A DNA stretch of 63,934 nt, taken from positions 1-63,934 of the IMG/VR virus record IMGVR_UViG_3300048588_000315; one strand, given 5' to 3'. Numbering within the stretch: the first letter of the stretch is position 1; each line of letters opens with the position of its first letter. Below the pieces are notes generated by a model. That model did not search any database. It was not told the DNA's origin and saw only the letters and a list, made by a program, of their open reading frames with translations. This document shows positions 48,623 to 58,001 of the stretch, piece after piece. Source of the stretch: a virus. Taxonomy: Duplodnaviria; Caudoviricetes. Made by a program: the position numbers and the translations under genes.

Positions 48623-48901
48623 TCACATCTTGACTATCTTCGTAGCGTAGCCTTTCCGCACCGAGAACTTGACGTCCTCATTATCCTTGACTATCGCCAT
48701 GCGTTCGCCATCCTTGAGCCCGAGATCCATCCGTGCTTTCTTCTCCTGCAGATCGAGGACTCTGTTCGCCCTGCGAACCAGCGACACGACGTGGAACGCC
48801 ATCACCACGATGCACAGCGTGATGATGAGCATGAAGCCGAACGTGCAGCCACTTGAGAACTCGGCGACCTGAGATGGTGATGGTATTGCTTCTGCGGTCA
48901 T
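48623..48901 (-). CDS. Small membrane protein
   Basis: 92 aa, one TM, ATGA overlap. Confidence 0.65.
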   Translation of the reverse strand: MTAEAIPSPSQVAEFSSGCTFGFMLIITLCIVVMAFHVVSLVRRANRVLDLQEKKARMDLGLKDGERMAIVKDNEDVKFSVRKGYATKIVKM

Positions 48902-49149
48902 GACTTCCTCGCCTTCTCTTCCAGCTTCTTCGCAGCGTACCGGAGAGCCGAGACCACGTTATGCGGCGAAGGGAAGTTCGCGCGGTCGCCGAGCACGATA
49001 GCGTCGGCCATCTTGCGGAGACCCGTTGGAACATCCAGCGGCCTCCTGTCCTCCGGCGAAGGGAGGTCTCCATGTTGCCATCTGAACAGTTCGACTTCGG
49101 CCCAGTCGTCGTTCGGGTCGTGAGTGATATGAGTGTGCTTCGGGCTCAT
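48898..49149 (-). CDS. Hypothetical protein
   Basis: 83 aa with overlaps on both sides. Confidence 0.65.
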   Translation of the reverse strand: MSPKHTHITHDPNDDWAEVELFRWQHGDLPSPEDRRPLDVPTGLRKMADAIVLGDRANFPSPHNVVSALRYAAKKLEEKARKS

Positions 49150-49544
49150 TCGTAGGATCCTCTCAGAGAATGGAAGGTCGTATCGGCGAACGACGATGAT
49201 GAGCTCTTTGGCTCCGGAGCCGACGGAGCGACCGACGGAGCGACGGGATCATCCGGATCCGGCTCCAGTTCGTATTCATCGCCGAACAGCTCATGCTGAT
49301 GGATCGGCTTGATGTATCCAAGCCTCAGCGCCAGCACGAACAGATGGTCTCTGTTCTTCGCGCCCAGCTTCCTGCGACAGCTGTCCAACTGACTCTGTAG
49401 AGTCTTGTCGCTCTTGCCGATCTTCTTCAGAGCGCCTTCGATCGAATACGGCGGTCCGCCGTATCGCGCTATGAGCGCGGCCTTCTCAGCAGCAGTGAGA
49501 TGACCTTTGGGAACGTTCGGGCCTCGTGGACCTCTCCTTGGCAT
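49146..49544 (-). CDS. Stand-alone LuxR/GerE-type HTH protein
   Basis: LTAAEK...IGKSDKTLQSQLDSCRRKLGAKNR..L...ALRLG. Confidence 0.75.
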   Translation of the reverse strand: MPRRGPRGPNVPKGHLTAAEKAALIARYGGPPYSIEGALKKIGKSDKTLQSQLDSCRRKLGAKNRDHLFVLALRLGYIKPIHQHELFGDEYELEPDPDDPVAPSVAPSAPEPKSSSSSFADTTFHSLRGSYE

Positions 49545-49583
49545 GGTTGACTCCTCGTGTATGAGAAACGATTCTACGATGTT

Positions 49584-49637
49584 CTACGGACACTACGGAC
49601 ACTACGGACACTACGGACACTACGGACACTACGGATA
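49584..49637. repeat. 9-bp tandem repeat (CTACGGACA)x5 plus one variant
   Basis: Directly visible, intergenic, upstream of the LuxR-type gene. Confidence 0.95.
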
Positions 49638-49638
49638 C

Positions 49639-51021
49639 TTAGTTCTTCGGCTTGACCTCAATGCCATCCGGCTCCCCGCCGACTTCCAGCCTCGTCACCA
49701 TCTTCCCGCCGGTCTTCGGCACGACGGTGACGAACTTCGTGCCCGGGATCTCGTGAACATCGACGAGACCGGCGGCGTTCATGCGAACGTCCTGTCCACG
49801 ACAGATGGTCCCGCCTTCCTTCTCGATGAGAAGCAGTGCTTTGACGATGGCGCTCGATCCGCTGTTGAGATACGCCAGCTTCGACTGCGCGGTAGCGAGA
49901 TCGCGGCGGAGACTGAGAACGTGGTCTTTCAGTTCGGTTGGCCCCATCCCTCCAATGACATCTCTGAAGCTTTCCAAGATCATCTTCAAGTGTTTCCACT
50001 CGCACCCGAGAACGTTGACCATCTGCGAGACGGTATACGACTTCTCCTCGGCGTTCGGCGCACGGAAGTTCGCGACCAGCGACTTCCATATCAGCTTCAC
50101 TTCGGTCGTATCCCCGACGCGCAGCTTGTAGTCGGCAATAAGGCAGGAGAGCTCTCGCACGGCGCGGTTGGGTTCGCGCTCGCCGTGGAAAGACGGAACG
50201 TCCGCTTCATTGAGCTTGTCTAGCATCTTCACATACGCTGCCGACTGATTGCACGTTCGCACGAGAGCGACGTCGATATCCTGCCCGCGCGAGTGGACCG
50301 ACATGTCGAGCATCTTGCAAGTCAGGTCACAGATGCGAATCCGGCGAGCAAGTTCTTCCAGCAGGCTCTCGTCGGTGACGTCACTCATCGCGCTCAGCCT
50401 GGAGCGCAGCTGCGACCTCACGTCCAGCGCCGATTTCACTACGCCGAGGACTTGCTCGGAAGTCAGCACTCCCTTGTCGCCGACTTCCAGAGAGCAGACC
50501 CATGCGAAGACCGTGTCGAAGAGCCTGACTTTATTCGGTATCTCCTGGAGATTCGGAGCCGACTTGAAATCCGCCGCTGTCGCTGGAACCGCCGGAACGC
50601 GAATCCGGCCGAAGATCTTCAGCTCCTCATCCACAGCGTGCATGATGTTGTCGGCGATGCGATCGGCAATGAGGACGGTTCCTTTCGTTGATGACATCTC
50701 GAACGCCATATGCCGCAAGCTGACCTTCGCAATGCGGCCGTTGACACAGTTCGGCATCGCTTCGCAGACCGACTGAATGAAGAACGCTAGCTCACTCATC
50801 AAGACCGCATTGTCTTTCGTGAGCTTCGGGCGAAGCCTCAGCCGCTCGCGCTCATCGTAGATCGCCTGCTGCTCCTTCGACTTCTCGGCGGCCCATCGGG
50901 CGACGCGTTCAACGGCGCTCTTGCCGACGATGAGGATCACCTTGATCGTGATCCAAGCTAACGGAGCAGTGACAGCGAGCAGCAGGGTGAACAGCAGAAC
51001 GAATGGGATCGTAGACGACAT
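49639..51021 (-). CDS. Hypothetical protein with N-terminal TM segment
   Basis: 460 aa ORF, GAGGAAGG RBS. Confidence 0.75.
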   Translation of the reverse strand: MSSTIPFVLLFTLLLAVTAPLAWITIKVILIVGKSAVERVARWAAEKSKEQQAIYDERERLRLRPKLTKDNAVLMSELAFFIQSVCEAMPNCVNGRIAKVSLRHMAFEMSSTKGTVLIADRIADNIMHAVDEELKIFGRIRVPAVPATAADFKSAPNLQEIPNKVRLFDTVFAWVCSLEVGDKGVLTSEQVLGVVKSALDVRSQLRSRLSAMSDVTDESLLEELARRIRICDLTCKMLDMSVHSRGQDIDVALVRTCNQSAAYVKMLDKLNEADVPSFHGEREPNRAVRELSCLIADYKLRVGDTTEVKLIWKSLVANFRAPNAEEKSYTVSQMVNVLGCEWKHLKMILESFRDVIGGMGPTELKDHVLSLRRDLATAQSKLAYLNSGSSAIVKALLLIEKEGGTICRGQDVRMNAAGLVDVHEIPGTKFVTVVPKTGGKMVTRLEVGGEPDGIEVKPKN

Positions 51022-51023
51022 GC

Positions 51024-51485
51024 TTATATCCTTCCTCTCATGAGATTATGGTTTGTCCACTTGTGAATCAACAAACTCGCCAGTTCGATCTGTGACCATC
51101 GGTCTCCTTCACTGATGGTCAGGCAGGCGAACTCGGCGAACACGACGACACAATCAGTCTTCACGTACGCGCACCGAAGATCGTACTGACCGATCCACGG
51201 ACCGTACCTCATCTTTGACAAGCGATAGCTGTCCACTCCTTTCAACCATGCGGACAGCGTGCATCCTAGATCATACGTGCCCACTCCGGGTCCGGTTTTG
51301 AGCATGATGATCGGCTCGGTGTGAACATACACGTTCCCATCGACGCCGCGAGAACACGCGCGCCGAACGATCACCGTTTTCGTTTGGAGATCTTGCTCGC
51401 AGATCCACGATTCTTCGCCGACGCATTGCGTGTAGTCGGGCGTTTCCGTCCTTGTGACACGACTTCGGATCGCTGTAGCTTGCAT
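51024..51485 (-). CDS. Hypothetical protein
   Basis: 153 aa ORF in the co-oriented gene run. Confidence 0.55.
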   Translation of the reverse strand: MQATAIRSRVTRTETPDYTQCVGEESWICEQDLQTKTVIVRRACSRGVDGNVYVHTEPIIMLKTGPGVGTYDLGCTLSAWLKGVDSYRLSKMRYGPWIGQYDLRCAYVKTDCVVVFAEFACLTISEGDRWSQIELASLLIHKWTNHNLMRGRI

Positions 51486-52063
51486 ACGTCAGCCTGTTCC
51501 CGCCGTTGAAGGCGAATCAATCGTTCAATCTCCGCGATGATCAATGCTCCGGCCTTCACGAGATCGTGGATCCGCATGTGACGAGGAAGATGCATCGTGC
51601 TTCCAGGGCACTGAGGCTTCCACCATGATTCGTCCCAAGGCCATAGAGTACGACGAAGATTCCCGCCGCCAGCCCCGACCAGCAGCGCGCGGAAGTGACC
51701 CGGCATCGCGTAGCAAGCGGCCGCGCGAGCGAGATCCTCGAACGTATGCTTGTCATCGTGCCGGTCATTGAAGCCTTCCGTCTTCAGTTGCCGAACACGC
51801 TCGTCGGACAGCAGAGCGAGAACGCGGAACGTATCGCCCGAGACGACGCGACCCGGTCCGGCTCCGTACGCTCGCGCGAACTCTTCATTCTTGCGCGAAT
51901 TGTAAGCATCGGCGGCAGGAGCCGGAGTCACGCGAGCCACGATCGGCACACGAATGTATCCGTCCAGTGAATACGCTCTCGCGTTCTCAATGTCATCTCG
52001 GCTTAGAGCGCCGAGCATCTGGGCCGCCATTTTCTTGGACAGCTTCTCGATGTCTTCAGTCAT
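51371..52063 (-). CDS. Conserved phage hypothetical protein
   Basis: ER.RQ...EGF...HDD.H...LA.AAACYA...WPW...WWKP...LVKAGALIIAEIERL pattern common in phages. Confidence 0.7.
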   Translation of the reverse strand: MTEDIEKLSKKMAAQMLGALSRDDIENARAYSLDGYIRVPIVARVTPAPAADAYNSRKNEEFARAYGAGPGRVVSGDTFRVLALLSDERVRQLKTEGFNDRHDDKHTFEDLARAAACYAMPGHFRALLVGAGGGNLRRTLWPWDESWWKPQCPGSTMHLPRHMRIHDLVKAGALIIAEIERLIRLQRREQADVCKLQRSEVVSQGRKRPTTRNASAKNRGSASKISKRKR

Positions 52064-52643
52064 CCTGTCTTTCTGCGGAGAGCCGCCGGATCCGCGAGAT
52101 CGGGTCGATGGTTTCCGCTTCGTCCGCTTCACTGACTTTCTGCGCTTCATGTTCTGGCCTTTCTGTGAGAACCCGCTGGAGTTCTACGCTGTCGATGTTC
52201 TTCACTACGGATTCCAGCGATCCGTAGGCATCGGTCGCCTGCTGCGCCAATGCTTTGTAATTCTCAATGAGTTCACTCAGGTCGCTCAGGTGATACGCCA
52301 GTGTTTCCAGCACGTGGACCTGATGAAGATCGAGATCCAACTTGCTTCCGTTGCTCAGTGCAATCTCGTGGAGCAGCTTCTCGGCTGAGAGCAGTGAGAG
52401 CCGATGCCATTCATCGTCGGGCCGGATCAGGATCGGCACGTCGCTCTTGTCCCGCACGATCGCGGTGAAGTGCAGCTTCTTGCCGGACAGCCCTGGAATG
52501 TCACCGCGACGGCATCTCTCCTTGAATTCCTTGACCACGTCCCATAGATCGGCGTGATCGGAATCGTATGCGGCCTCGGCGTAGTATTTTCCGGAGGCCT
52601 TGAAGTATTCGACTCGAACGGTGTTAGCAGCCATCGCTGTCAT
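52056..52643 (-). CDS. Hypothetical protein
   Basis: 195 aa with YFKASGKYY motif. Confidence 0.7.
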   Translation of the reverse strand: MTAMAANTVRVEYFKASGKYYAEAAYDSDHADLWDVVKEFKERCRRGDIPGLSGKKLHFTAIVRDKSDVPILIRPDDEWHRLSLLSAEKLLHEIALSNGSKLDLDLHQVHVLETLAYHLSDLSELIENYKALAQQATDAYGSLESVVKNIDSVELQRVLTERPEHEAQKVSEADEAETIDPISRIRRLSAERQDD

Positions 52644-52896
52644 CCTTCTGTTTCTTCAAAATGGTGATTGCATTGTTGATCGCCGCGAACAGGCTCGGGC
52701 TAGACGAACCGATCTGCCTGTTATCTTTCCACACTGACCATTCTTCCTCCACGGGGAAGTAGGTCGCACGCGCTCCGGGATCCACGGCTCTCAGCTCTTC
52801 ATGCGCTTTTCTCTTAGCGTCCAGCAGCGCTTGGAGGGCCGAATCCGGGCATCCGTTGTAGCATCTCATTTCAGCCTTTCCCTTATGTCGACCCAT
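52624..52896 (-). CDS. Hypothetical protein
   Basis: 90 aa overlapping both neighbours. Confidence 0.6.
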   Translation of the reverse strand: MGRHKGKAEMRCYNGCPDSALQALLDAKRKAHEELRAVDPGARATYFPVEEEWSVWKDNRQIGSSSPSLFAAINNAITILKKQKDDSDGC

Positions 52897-53228
52897 CGCG
52901 GATCTTCCGGCGAATAGTTTCTCAGTTGCCGGAGCTTGATCCGTTCAGGAGCCTCTATTGCGAACCGAACTAAGTGATCATGTAACGCATGAACACGAAC
53001 GGTGAAGTTCACACCGTCCAAGTGAAACGTCTTCACTTCGCCTACGTCGATCTCTATGATGCGACGGAGAACGCTGACATACACGCATACGTACCGCGTC
53101 GCTCCGTTAGATCGGTACCGCACTGCTACAACAGCGAAGATGCAGCAGGACGAGTTCCGTGGATCGTCGGGCGCGAGCGGGATGTACGCCATGATGCGGC
53201 CGCGAAGTGTGACGTCACGTGTGAGCAT
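52866..53228 (-). CDS. Hypothetical protein with degenerate CsrA-like C-terminal half
   Basis: IEIDVGE..T......TVRV.......VRFAIEAPERIKL resembles the CsrA beta-strand pattern; start uncertain. Confidence 0.45.
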   Translation of the reverse strand: MLTRDVTLRGRIMAYIPLAPDDPRNSSCCIFAVVAVRYRSNGATRYVCVYVSVLRRIIEIDVGEVKTFHLDGVNFTVRVHALHDHLVRFAIEAPERIKLRQLRNYSPEDPRWVDIRERLK

Positions 53229-53523
53229 GTAAATCCCTATGCTGCTGTCTCGCAGCCTTCATCACTCTCCGCCACTCTTCGATCTTGTTGGAGAGCAGTT
53301 CGATCTCGATGGCTCCGGCTTCCACTGCTTGCTCGCGCCTGGAAGTTGTGAGATCGTAGTGGCATCCGCTCGGCTTGTCTTGGAACCACGGCCTTCGCAG
53401 GCCGATCGTGTCCGCCATCTTGTGGAGCTCTTCCAAGGTATCGGCCATCATGTGACACGATGGCACGAGACGACCGCGGATGGCGAAGCCCCACGAGCGC
53501 AGATTGTCTACGTAGACCGGCAT
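53215..53523 (-). CDS. DUF4031-family protein
   Basis: VYVD...CHMMADTLEELH..A..IGL...WFQ...HYDL....R..AV.AGA. Confidence 0.8.
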   Translation of the reverse strand: MPVYVDNLRSWGFAIRGRLVPSCHMMADTLEELHKMADTIGLRRPWFQDKPSGCHYDLTTSRREQAVEAGAIEIELLSNKIEEWRRVMKAARQQHRDLHAHT

Positions 53524-53533
53524 CGCAGTCCTC

Positions 53534-53953
53534 TCACGTGGGAGCACGTTCAAAGCCGGACATGACCACGACCTGAGACAGCTTGCCTGCTATCTCATCG
53601 CGACCAGAAAGCCGATCGGCCGAAATGTCGTCGATGAGTTGCACGAGGAGGCCGATAGCCTTCCAGTGCTCCCGCCGAAGCCGGTCGTACTTCCGCTGAG
53701 AGATACGCTTTCGCTTCGGGGCCTTCGCGATCTGGTGAGAGAACAGATCGCAGTGATCTTCCCTCATTTTCCGCCCGGTCCACTTCTTGCCGTCGTGGAT
53801 GCGAACGTGGATGTACTGCTCGCCTACGTTGATGAACCGATCCAGTGAACTACCGTGCCCCTGATGATCGAGACAGTTATCACACTGACAGCAGAACCCG
53901 TACCTCGCCTTGCGATACTCGCCTCTTCGTAGCTGAGATCCCATGACAGACAC
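53534..53953 (-). CDS. Hypothetical Cys/His-containing protein
   Basis: RKAR...C.CD.C...I..GE.Y pattern; AGGAG RBS. Confidence 0.65.
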   Translation of the reverse strand: MSVMGSQLRRGEYRKARYGFCCQCDNCLDHQGHGSSLDRFINVGEQYIHVRIHDGKKWTGRKMREDHCDLFSHQIAKAPKRKRISQRKYDRLRREHWKAIGLLVQLIDDISADRLSGRDEIAGKLSQVVVMSGFERAPT

Positions 53954-54035
53954 TCCTCTTCAAGTTGTTCACTTCACTGTAAGATCACCTTCATCACGCT
54001 GATGAAGATCATTGTTGTCGTTGCGCCGAGCACAG

Positions 54036-54344
54036 CTATGATCCCGACGAGCACAGCGGTCTCAACCCATTCATTCCTTTTTGCGGTTCATAGCCATCGG
54101 CTCCTTCCGAGCTTCTCATGAAGACATACGCTGTGTCGGTTTGCAAACAGATGCTGACGCTGATGGGAGTGTATTCTACCACTTCCGGCAACTGAAGACA
54201 ACCTAATAGTTGATCAAAGAACATCTCCGGATCGTTGCAAGTCAGCACGGCATCTTGACAGACGAAGCCGTCAATGATGCGGACGACACGACCAGCGAGA
54301 ACGTCGTTTTTGAAAGTACGCCAGCAGTTCCATGATGCACTCAA
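54036..54344 (-). CDS. Hypothetical protein
   Basis: 102 aa ORF overlapping the GNAT stop. Confidence 0.5.
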   Translation of the reverse strand: MSASWNCWRTFKNDVLAGRVVRIIDGFVCQDAVLTCNDPEMFFDQLLGCLQLPEVVEYTPISVSICLQTDTAYVFMRSSEGADGYEPQKGMNGLRPLCSSGS

Positions 54345-54703
54345 GCCTTTCTTGTCCAGTTGATGTGAGCGATGAACTCAGTCACGCACTCCTCCGGTCC
54401 GTAGTGCGAGATCATTTCCTCTAAGCTGATTCCAAGAGACCCGAAAGCGCCGAGCTTCCGCATCTCCTCTTCCATGGTGAAGAACATCGTCGTGCCGATC
54501 TTCCGTCGGCGCATACGTTCGTTGACGGAGATTCTCCGCACGAACCCGAAGTCGAAGTATGGCCCGCTGTCGATGATCATGAAACCGACAGGTCTCTTCT
54601 CGGCGTGCGCGATGACCGTCGTTCTCCACGTAGAGCAGCGGTACCGAATAGCAAGTTCGCCGACGACTACCGTTTTCTCAACCGCATTTCCGTATAGCAG
54701 CAT
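54341..54703 (-). CDS. GNAT-family acetyltransferase-like protein
   Basis: PVGFM...VRRISVNERMRRRKIGTTM (acetyl-CoA-binding motif A); RBS supplied by the repeat element. Confidence 0.7.
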   Translation of the reverse strand: MLLYGNAVEKTVVVGELAIRYRCSTWRTTVIAHAEKRPVGFMIIDSGPYFDFGFVRRISVNERMRRRKIGTTMFFTMEEEMRKLGAFGSLGISLEEMISHYGPEECVTEFIAHINWTRKA

Positions 54704-55481
54704 TTTCTGTCCTTCCTGTCCGCTGGCCCCGACCATTACAGAGTCCGGGTCGCGCCTAGACCGCATACTGGCCCGACCCGGACGCTGTAATAGCCCTGCC
54801 GCTGGCGGTCTTTCCAAGGCGGAGCCCCATTCGGAGGGGCCAATTTCCAAGGCGGGAGCCCGCTCGGAGGGCTCATTTTCCAAGGCGGAGCCCCATTCAG
54901 AGGGGCCAATTTCCAAGGCGGGAGCCCGCTCGGAGGGCTCATTTTCCAAGGCGGAGCCCCATTCGGAGGGACCAATTTCCAAGGCGGAGCCCCATTCAGA
55001 GGGCCCATTTTCCAAGGCGGAGCCCCATTCGGAGGGGCCAATTTCCAAGGCGGGAGCCCTGCCGCTGGCCCTGCCGCCCTGCCGCTGGCCCTGCCGCCCT
55101 GCCGCTGGCCCTGCCGCCCTGCCGCTGGCCCTGCCGCCCTGCCGCCCTGCCGCTGGCCCTGCCGCCCTGCCGCTGGCCCTGCCGCCCTGCCGCTGGCCAG
55201 CGGTCTTTCCAAGGCGGAGCCCTGCCGCCCTGCCGCTCTTTCCAAGGCGGGAGCCCGCTCCGAGGGCCCAATTTCCAAGGCGGGAGCCCGCTCCGAGGGC
55301 CCAATTTCCAAGGCGGGAGCCCGCTCCGAGGGCCCAATTTCCAAGGCGGGAGCCCGCTCGGAGGCCTGAATTTCCAAGGCGGGAGCCCGCTCCGAGGGCC
55401 CAATTTCCAAGGCGGGAGCCCGCTCGGAGGCCGGTCTTTCAAACGCCAGCGGCAGGGCGGACCATCGTCTTTCAAACGCCG
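54701..55481. repeat. Composite repeat element, copy 2 (hairpin/RBS module + 8x33 bp + microsatellite + 7x33 bp + 2 degenerate units)
   Basis: Heads every 33 bp at 54811-55042 and 55206-55404; degenerate TTTCAAACGCC heads at 55437 and 55470 stay in register. Confidence 0.95.
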
Positions 55482-56251
55482 GACCGCTGAACCGTCATCA
55501 TGAACGTTTCAGCCGCAAGCGCGTTCCTCAGTTCATCGATGGACGCGTACTCGGCCGCGATGCCCGAAGCGTAGTGGAACACTTGTTCGCGCGGACCGAC
55601 GAGGAAGACCGGCTTCTTGAGAGCGAGCGCAATACCGACTTCGCTGTGCCTTCCGCCTTTAGTTTCTGTATCGCCAGTCAACACCACGACGAAATCCACA
55701 CCGACAATATCTTCCAGATCATGGTCGGCCATCTCCTGCTTCGTGAAGCGTGGATGCTCAGCGTACCCTGAACCCTGTTCCTTCGCCAGATCTATCCATC
55801 GCGCCGTCACCCGGATTCCAGCGCTGCGAAGAGCCGACGCGATCGCCTCGGCTTCATGACGACGAGGAAAGCTGGCGGCGACATACGCCGACAAGGCTTC
55901 TCGCCCTGCCGTTCGCTGGCCGAAGACTTGATACTCGGCGACCGACGCACGATGCTCGCTGACGCCGAGATGCATCAGCGTTTCCTTGAAGTTCCGCCGG
56001 GACGGATCGATGATGCGTGCGCAGATCGCCGGACCGGACTTGACGACAACGGCTCTCACTGAACCGGTATCATCCGTCCGCGTGCCGATCACGCGAACGA
56101 CGTTACCGTCATCCGTCGGGGCCATCCAGACCTGATCCGGCACGAGACCTTTCCCGCCGTCTCGCGTGCGCAGTACTTCACACGCTTTCTCGAACTCGCT
56201 CAGTCCGTACTGATCGATCAGTCTCAACGCTTCTTGAAGCTTTGCTCTCAT
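55472..56251 (-). CDS. Nucleoside 2-deoxyribosyltransferase/hydrolase-like domain protein
   Basis: C-terminal YVAASF...DLEDI...D.VV...GGRHSEVGIALALKKPVFLVG. Confidence 0.75.
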   Translation of the reverse strand: MRAKLQEALRLIDQYGLSEFEKACEVLRTRDGGKGLVPDQVWMAPTDDGNVVRVIGTRTDDTGSVRAVVVKSGPAICARIIDPSRRNFKETLMHLGVSEHRASVAEYQVFGQRTAGREALSAYVAASFPRRHEAEAIASALRSAGIRVTARWIDLAKEQGSGYAEHPRFTKQEMADHDLEDIVGVDFVVVLTGDTETKGGRHSEVGIALALKKPVFLVGPREQVFHYASGIAAEYASIDELRNALAAETFMMTVQRSGV

Positions 56252-56254
56252 GGA

Positions 56255-56920
56255 TCATTTCGCCTTTCCACAGATAAAGAGGTGACGCTTTCGTGAGATA
56301 CCGCCGCTGTCACCACAGCCGAGGTGATCAGCGTAACCGAACGCCGACGACAGGAGACCTTGGATCTCATCAGTGTCCATCTTCGCGCCTTGAATGTTGG
56401 ACTCGAAGAAACACCGACCGCCTTTCGCCACGAGCGAGGCTAGCCATCCGTAGAACGTCGGCAGATAATCAACGTCGAAGTAGTCATCAACCGAACAGCA
56501 GAAGACCACGCTCGCCTTGCCGATCTTCGGCAGGCTGACCCTGAAGTCTGCCTGCCGAAAGTCAACGTGCCCGGACTTGTTCATGCCGTGGAATTCGGCA
56601 ACGTCCCTGCAGAACTGAATCCGTTCATCGTTGAATTCCATGCCGAGGATGTTCCGGCATCCGCGACGCCATGCTTCCCAGCAGAGAGCGCCGACGTTCG
56701 AGCCGACGTCGAACATGGTTTCTTTCGCCAGCGCCGATGGGCTGTCATCGAAGCCAAAGTCGTCGAACCGCTTGATCGTATCCCGAACGTACTCCTCGTT
56801 CTCGAACGGCGGTATGGTCAGCCGAGAGTAGAGACCGTGCGATCGGGTCGTAGACAGACGCTTCCCGCCGCCGCTGAGACGATGGGCCTCGTGGATAAGT
56901 TCGCTCGCAGACTTCATCAT
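56255..56920 (-). CDS. Class I SAM-dependent methyltransferase
   Basis: FDVGSNVG motif I, GMEFN, QADF. Confidence 0.8.
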   Translation of the reverse strand: MMKSASELIHEAHRLSGGGKRLSTTRSHGLYSRLTIPPFENEEYVRDTIKRFDDFGFDDSPSALAKETMFDVGSNVGALCWEAWRRGCRNILGMEFNDERIQFCRDVAEFHGMNKSGHVDFRQADFRVSLPKIGKASVVFCCSVDDYFDVDYLPTFYGWLASLVAKGGRCFFESNIQGAKMDTDEIQGLLSSAFGYADHLGCGDSGGISRKRHLFICGKAK

Positions 56921-57993
56921 GTCCTCGCTTTCTTGGAACTGACAGTGAGCGGAATGAAGGAAGGCTGACCGTACCCGATGTCGTCAGCTGAGAGCCAGTC
57001 TTCCGCTAAGATGGCCTCGTCGGCTTCCGGAGAACCGAACGTAATATTCGGCACGTTCCACCGATAGAAGCCTCCGTGATAGTTGCATTGACGGCACAGG
57101 GGAGACCGCCGGTCCTTGTTCTGCAGCTTCAGTCGCAGCTTGTGATATCGCTCATCGTTCCACAGCTCGACGAGAGAGCGCTCAGCCACGTTGCCGGGAG
57201 ATCCGGCTCCGTAGTAGTCGTCGCAGCATTGGATCATGCTTCCTTTCCAGTTGATGATCATGCTGCGGAACGGCCTCACGCACGAGGCCTTCAGCGGCTC
57301 GGCCAGCGGCTTGGAGAACCACGGGATCGCTCCAGCCCGATTGTCGATGGCGTACCGCATCGACTCCTCGTGCTTCTTCTTGCCGAGATGGATCGACTTG
57401 TCGGCATCACCCGGCTGATATCCGTACCATGGAACGGCTTTCACGGTACGGTAGTCAGCGCCACAGTGTTGGAAGATGTTCCCGCCGATGTGAAGGCGAT
57501 CTACCTTCCGCTGCACTTCGTCGAACCATGCCTTGAACTTCTCGTGTCGCTCCCGTGCTTCGGCGATCCCGCCAGCGATGAGATCCGCATCGCCGGTCCC
57601 GTCGTGCTTGCTGTAGACGTTGATCTGGAACTGATTCAGTCCTGCTTCGAACAACGACACGATGTCCTCCGGTCCGCGAAGCAGATCGCCGTTCGACAAC
57701 ACTGCGATCGACGTTCGCGGGAGAACCTCTCGCACGTGCCGGATGCGATGGCGGATCAGCGGATCGAGTAGCGGTTCGTTGTACGAGTACAGATGCACTC
57801 GGCCTTTGAACTTCAGTTCGGCCAGCTCGAGGATGATCTTGTTCCAGATCGCCTCGTCCATCATCTCCTTCGGTCGCGGCGCATGGCTCTCAGGGCAGAA
57901 CGTGCATCGGCGATTGCAGTGTCCGCATGTCTCAATGCCGATGATGCTGAACAGTCTCGTGTTCTCTTTGGATACGTCGTATGTCTGCGGCAT
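56917..57993 (-). CDS. Radical SAM enzyme with SPASM/Twitch domain
   Basis: CNRRCTFC, NEPLL, SNGDL; C-terminal C.RPF....I...G....CC.D...GNV....L.ELWN...C..C. Confidence 0.9.
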   Translation of the reverse strand: MPQTYDVSKENTRLFSIIGIETCGHCNRRCTFCPESHAPRPKEMMDEAIWNKIILELAELKFKGRVHLYSYNEPLLDPLIRHRIRHVREVLPRTSIAVLSNGDLLRGPEDIVSLFEAGLNQFQINVYSKHDGTGDADLIAGGIAEARERHEKFKAWFDEVQRKVDRLHIGGNIFQHCGADYRTVKAVPWYGYQPGDADKSIHLGKKKHEESMRYAIDNRAGAIPWFSKPLAEPLKASCVRPFRSMIINWKGSMIQCCDDYYGAGSPGNVAERSLVELWNDERYHKLRLKLQNKDRRSPLCRQCNYHGGFYRWNVPNITFGSPEADEAILAEDWLSADDIGYGQPSFIPLTVSSKKART

Positions 57994-58001
57994 TCAGCCT
58001 C

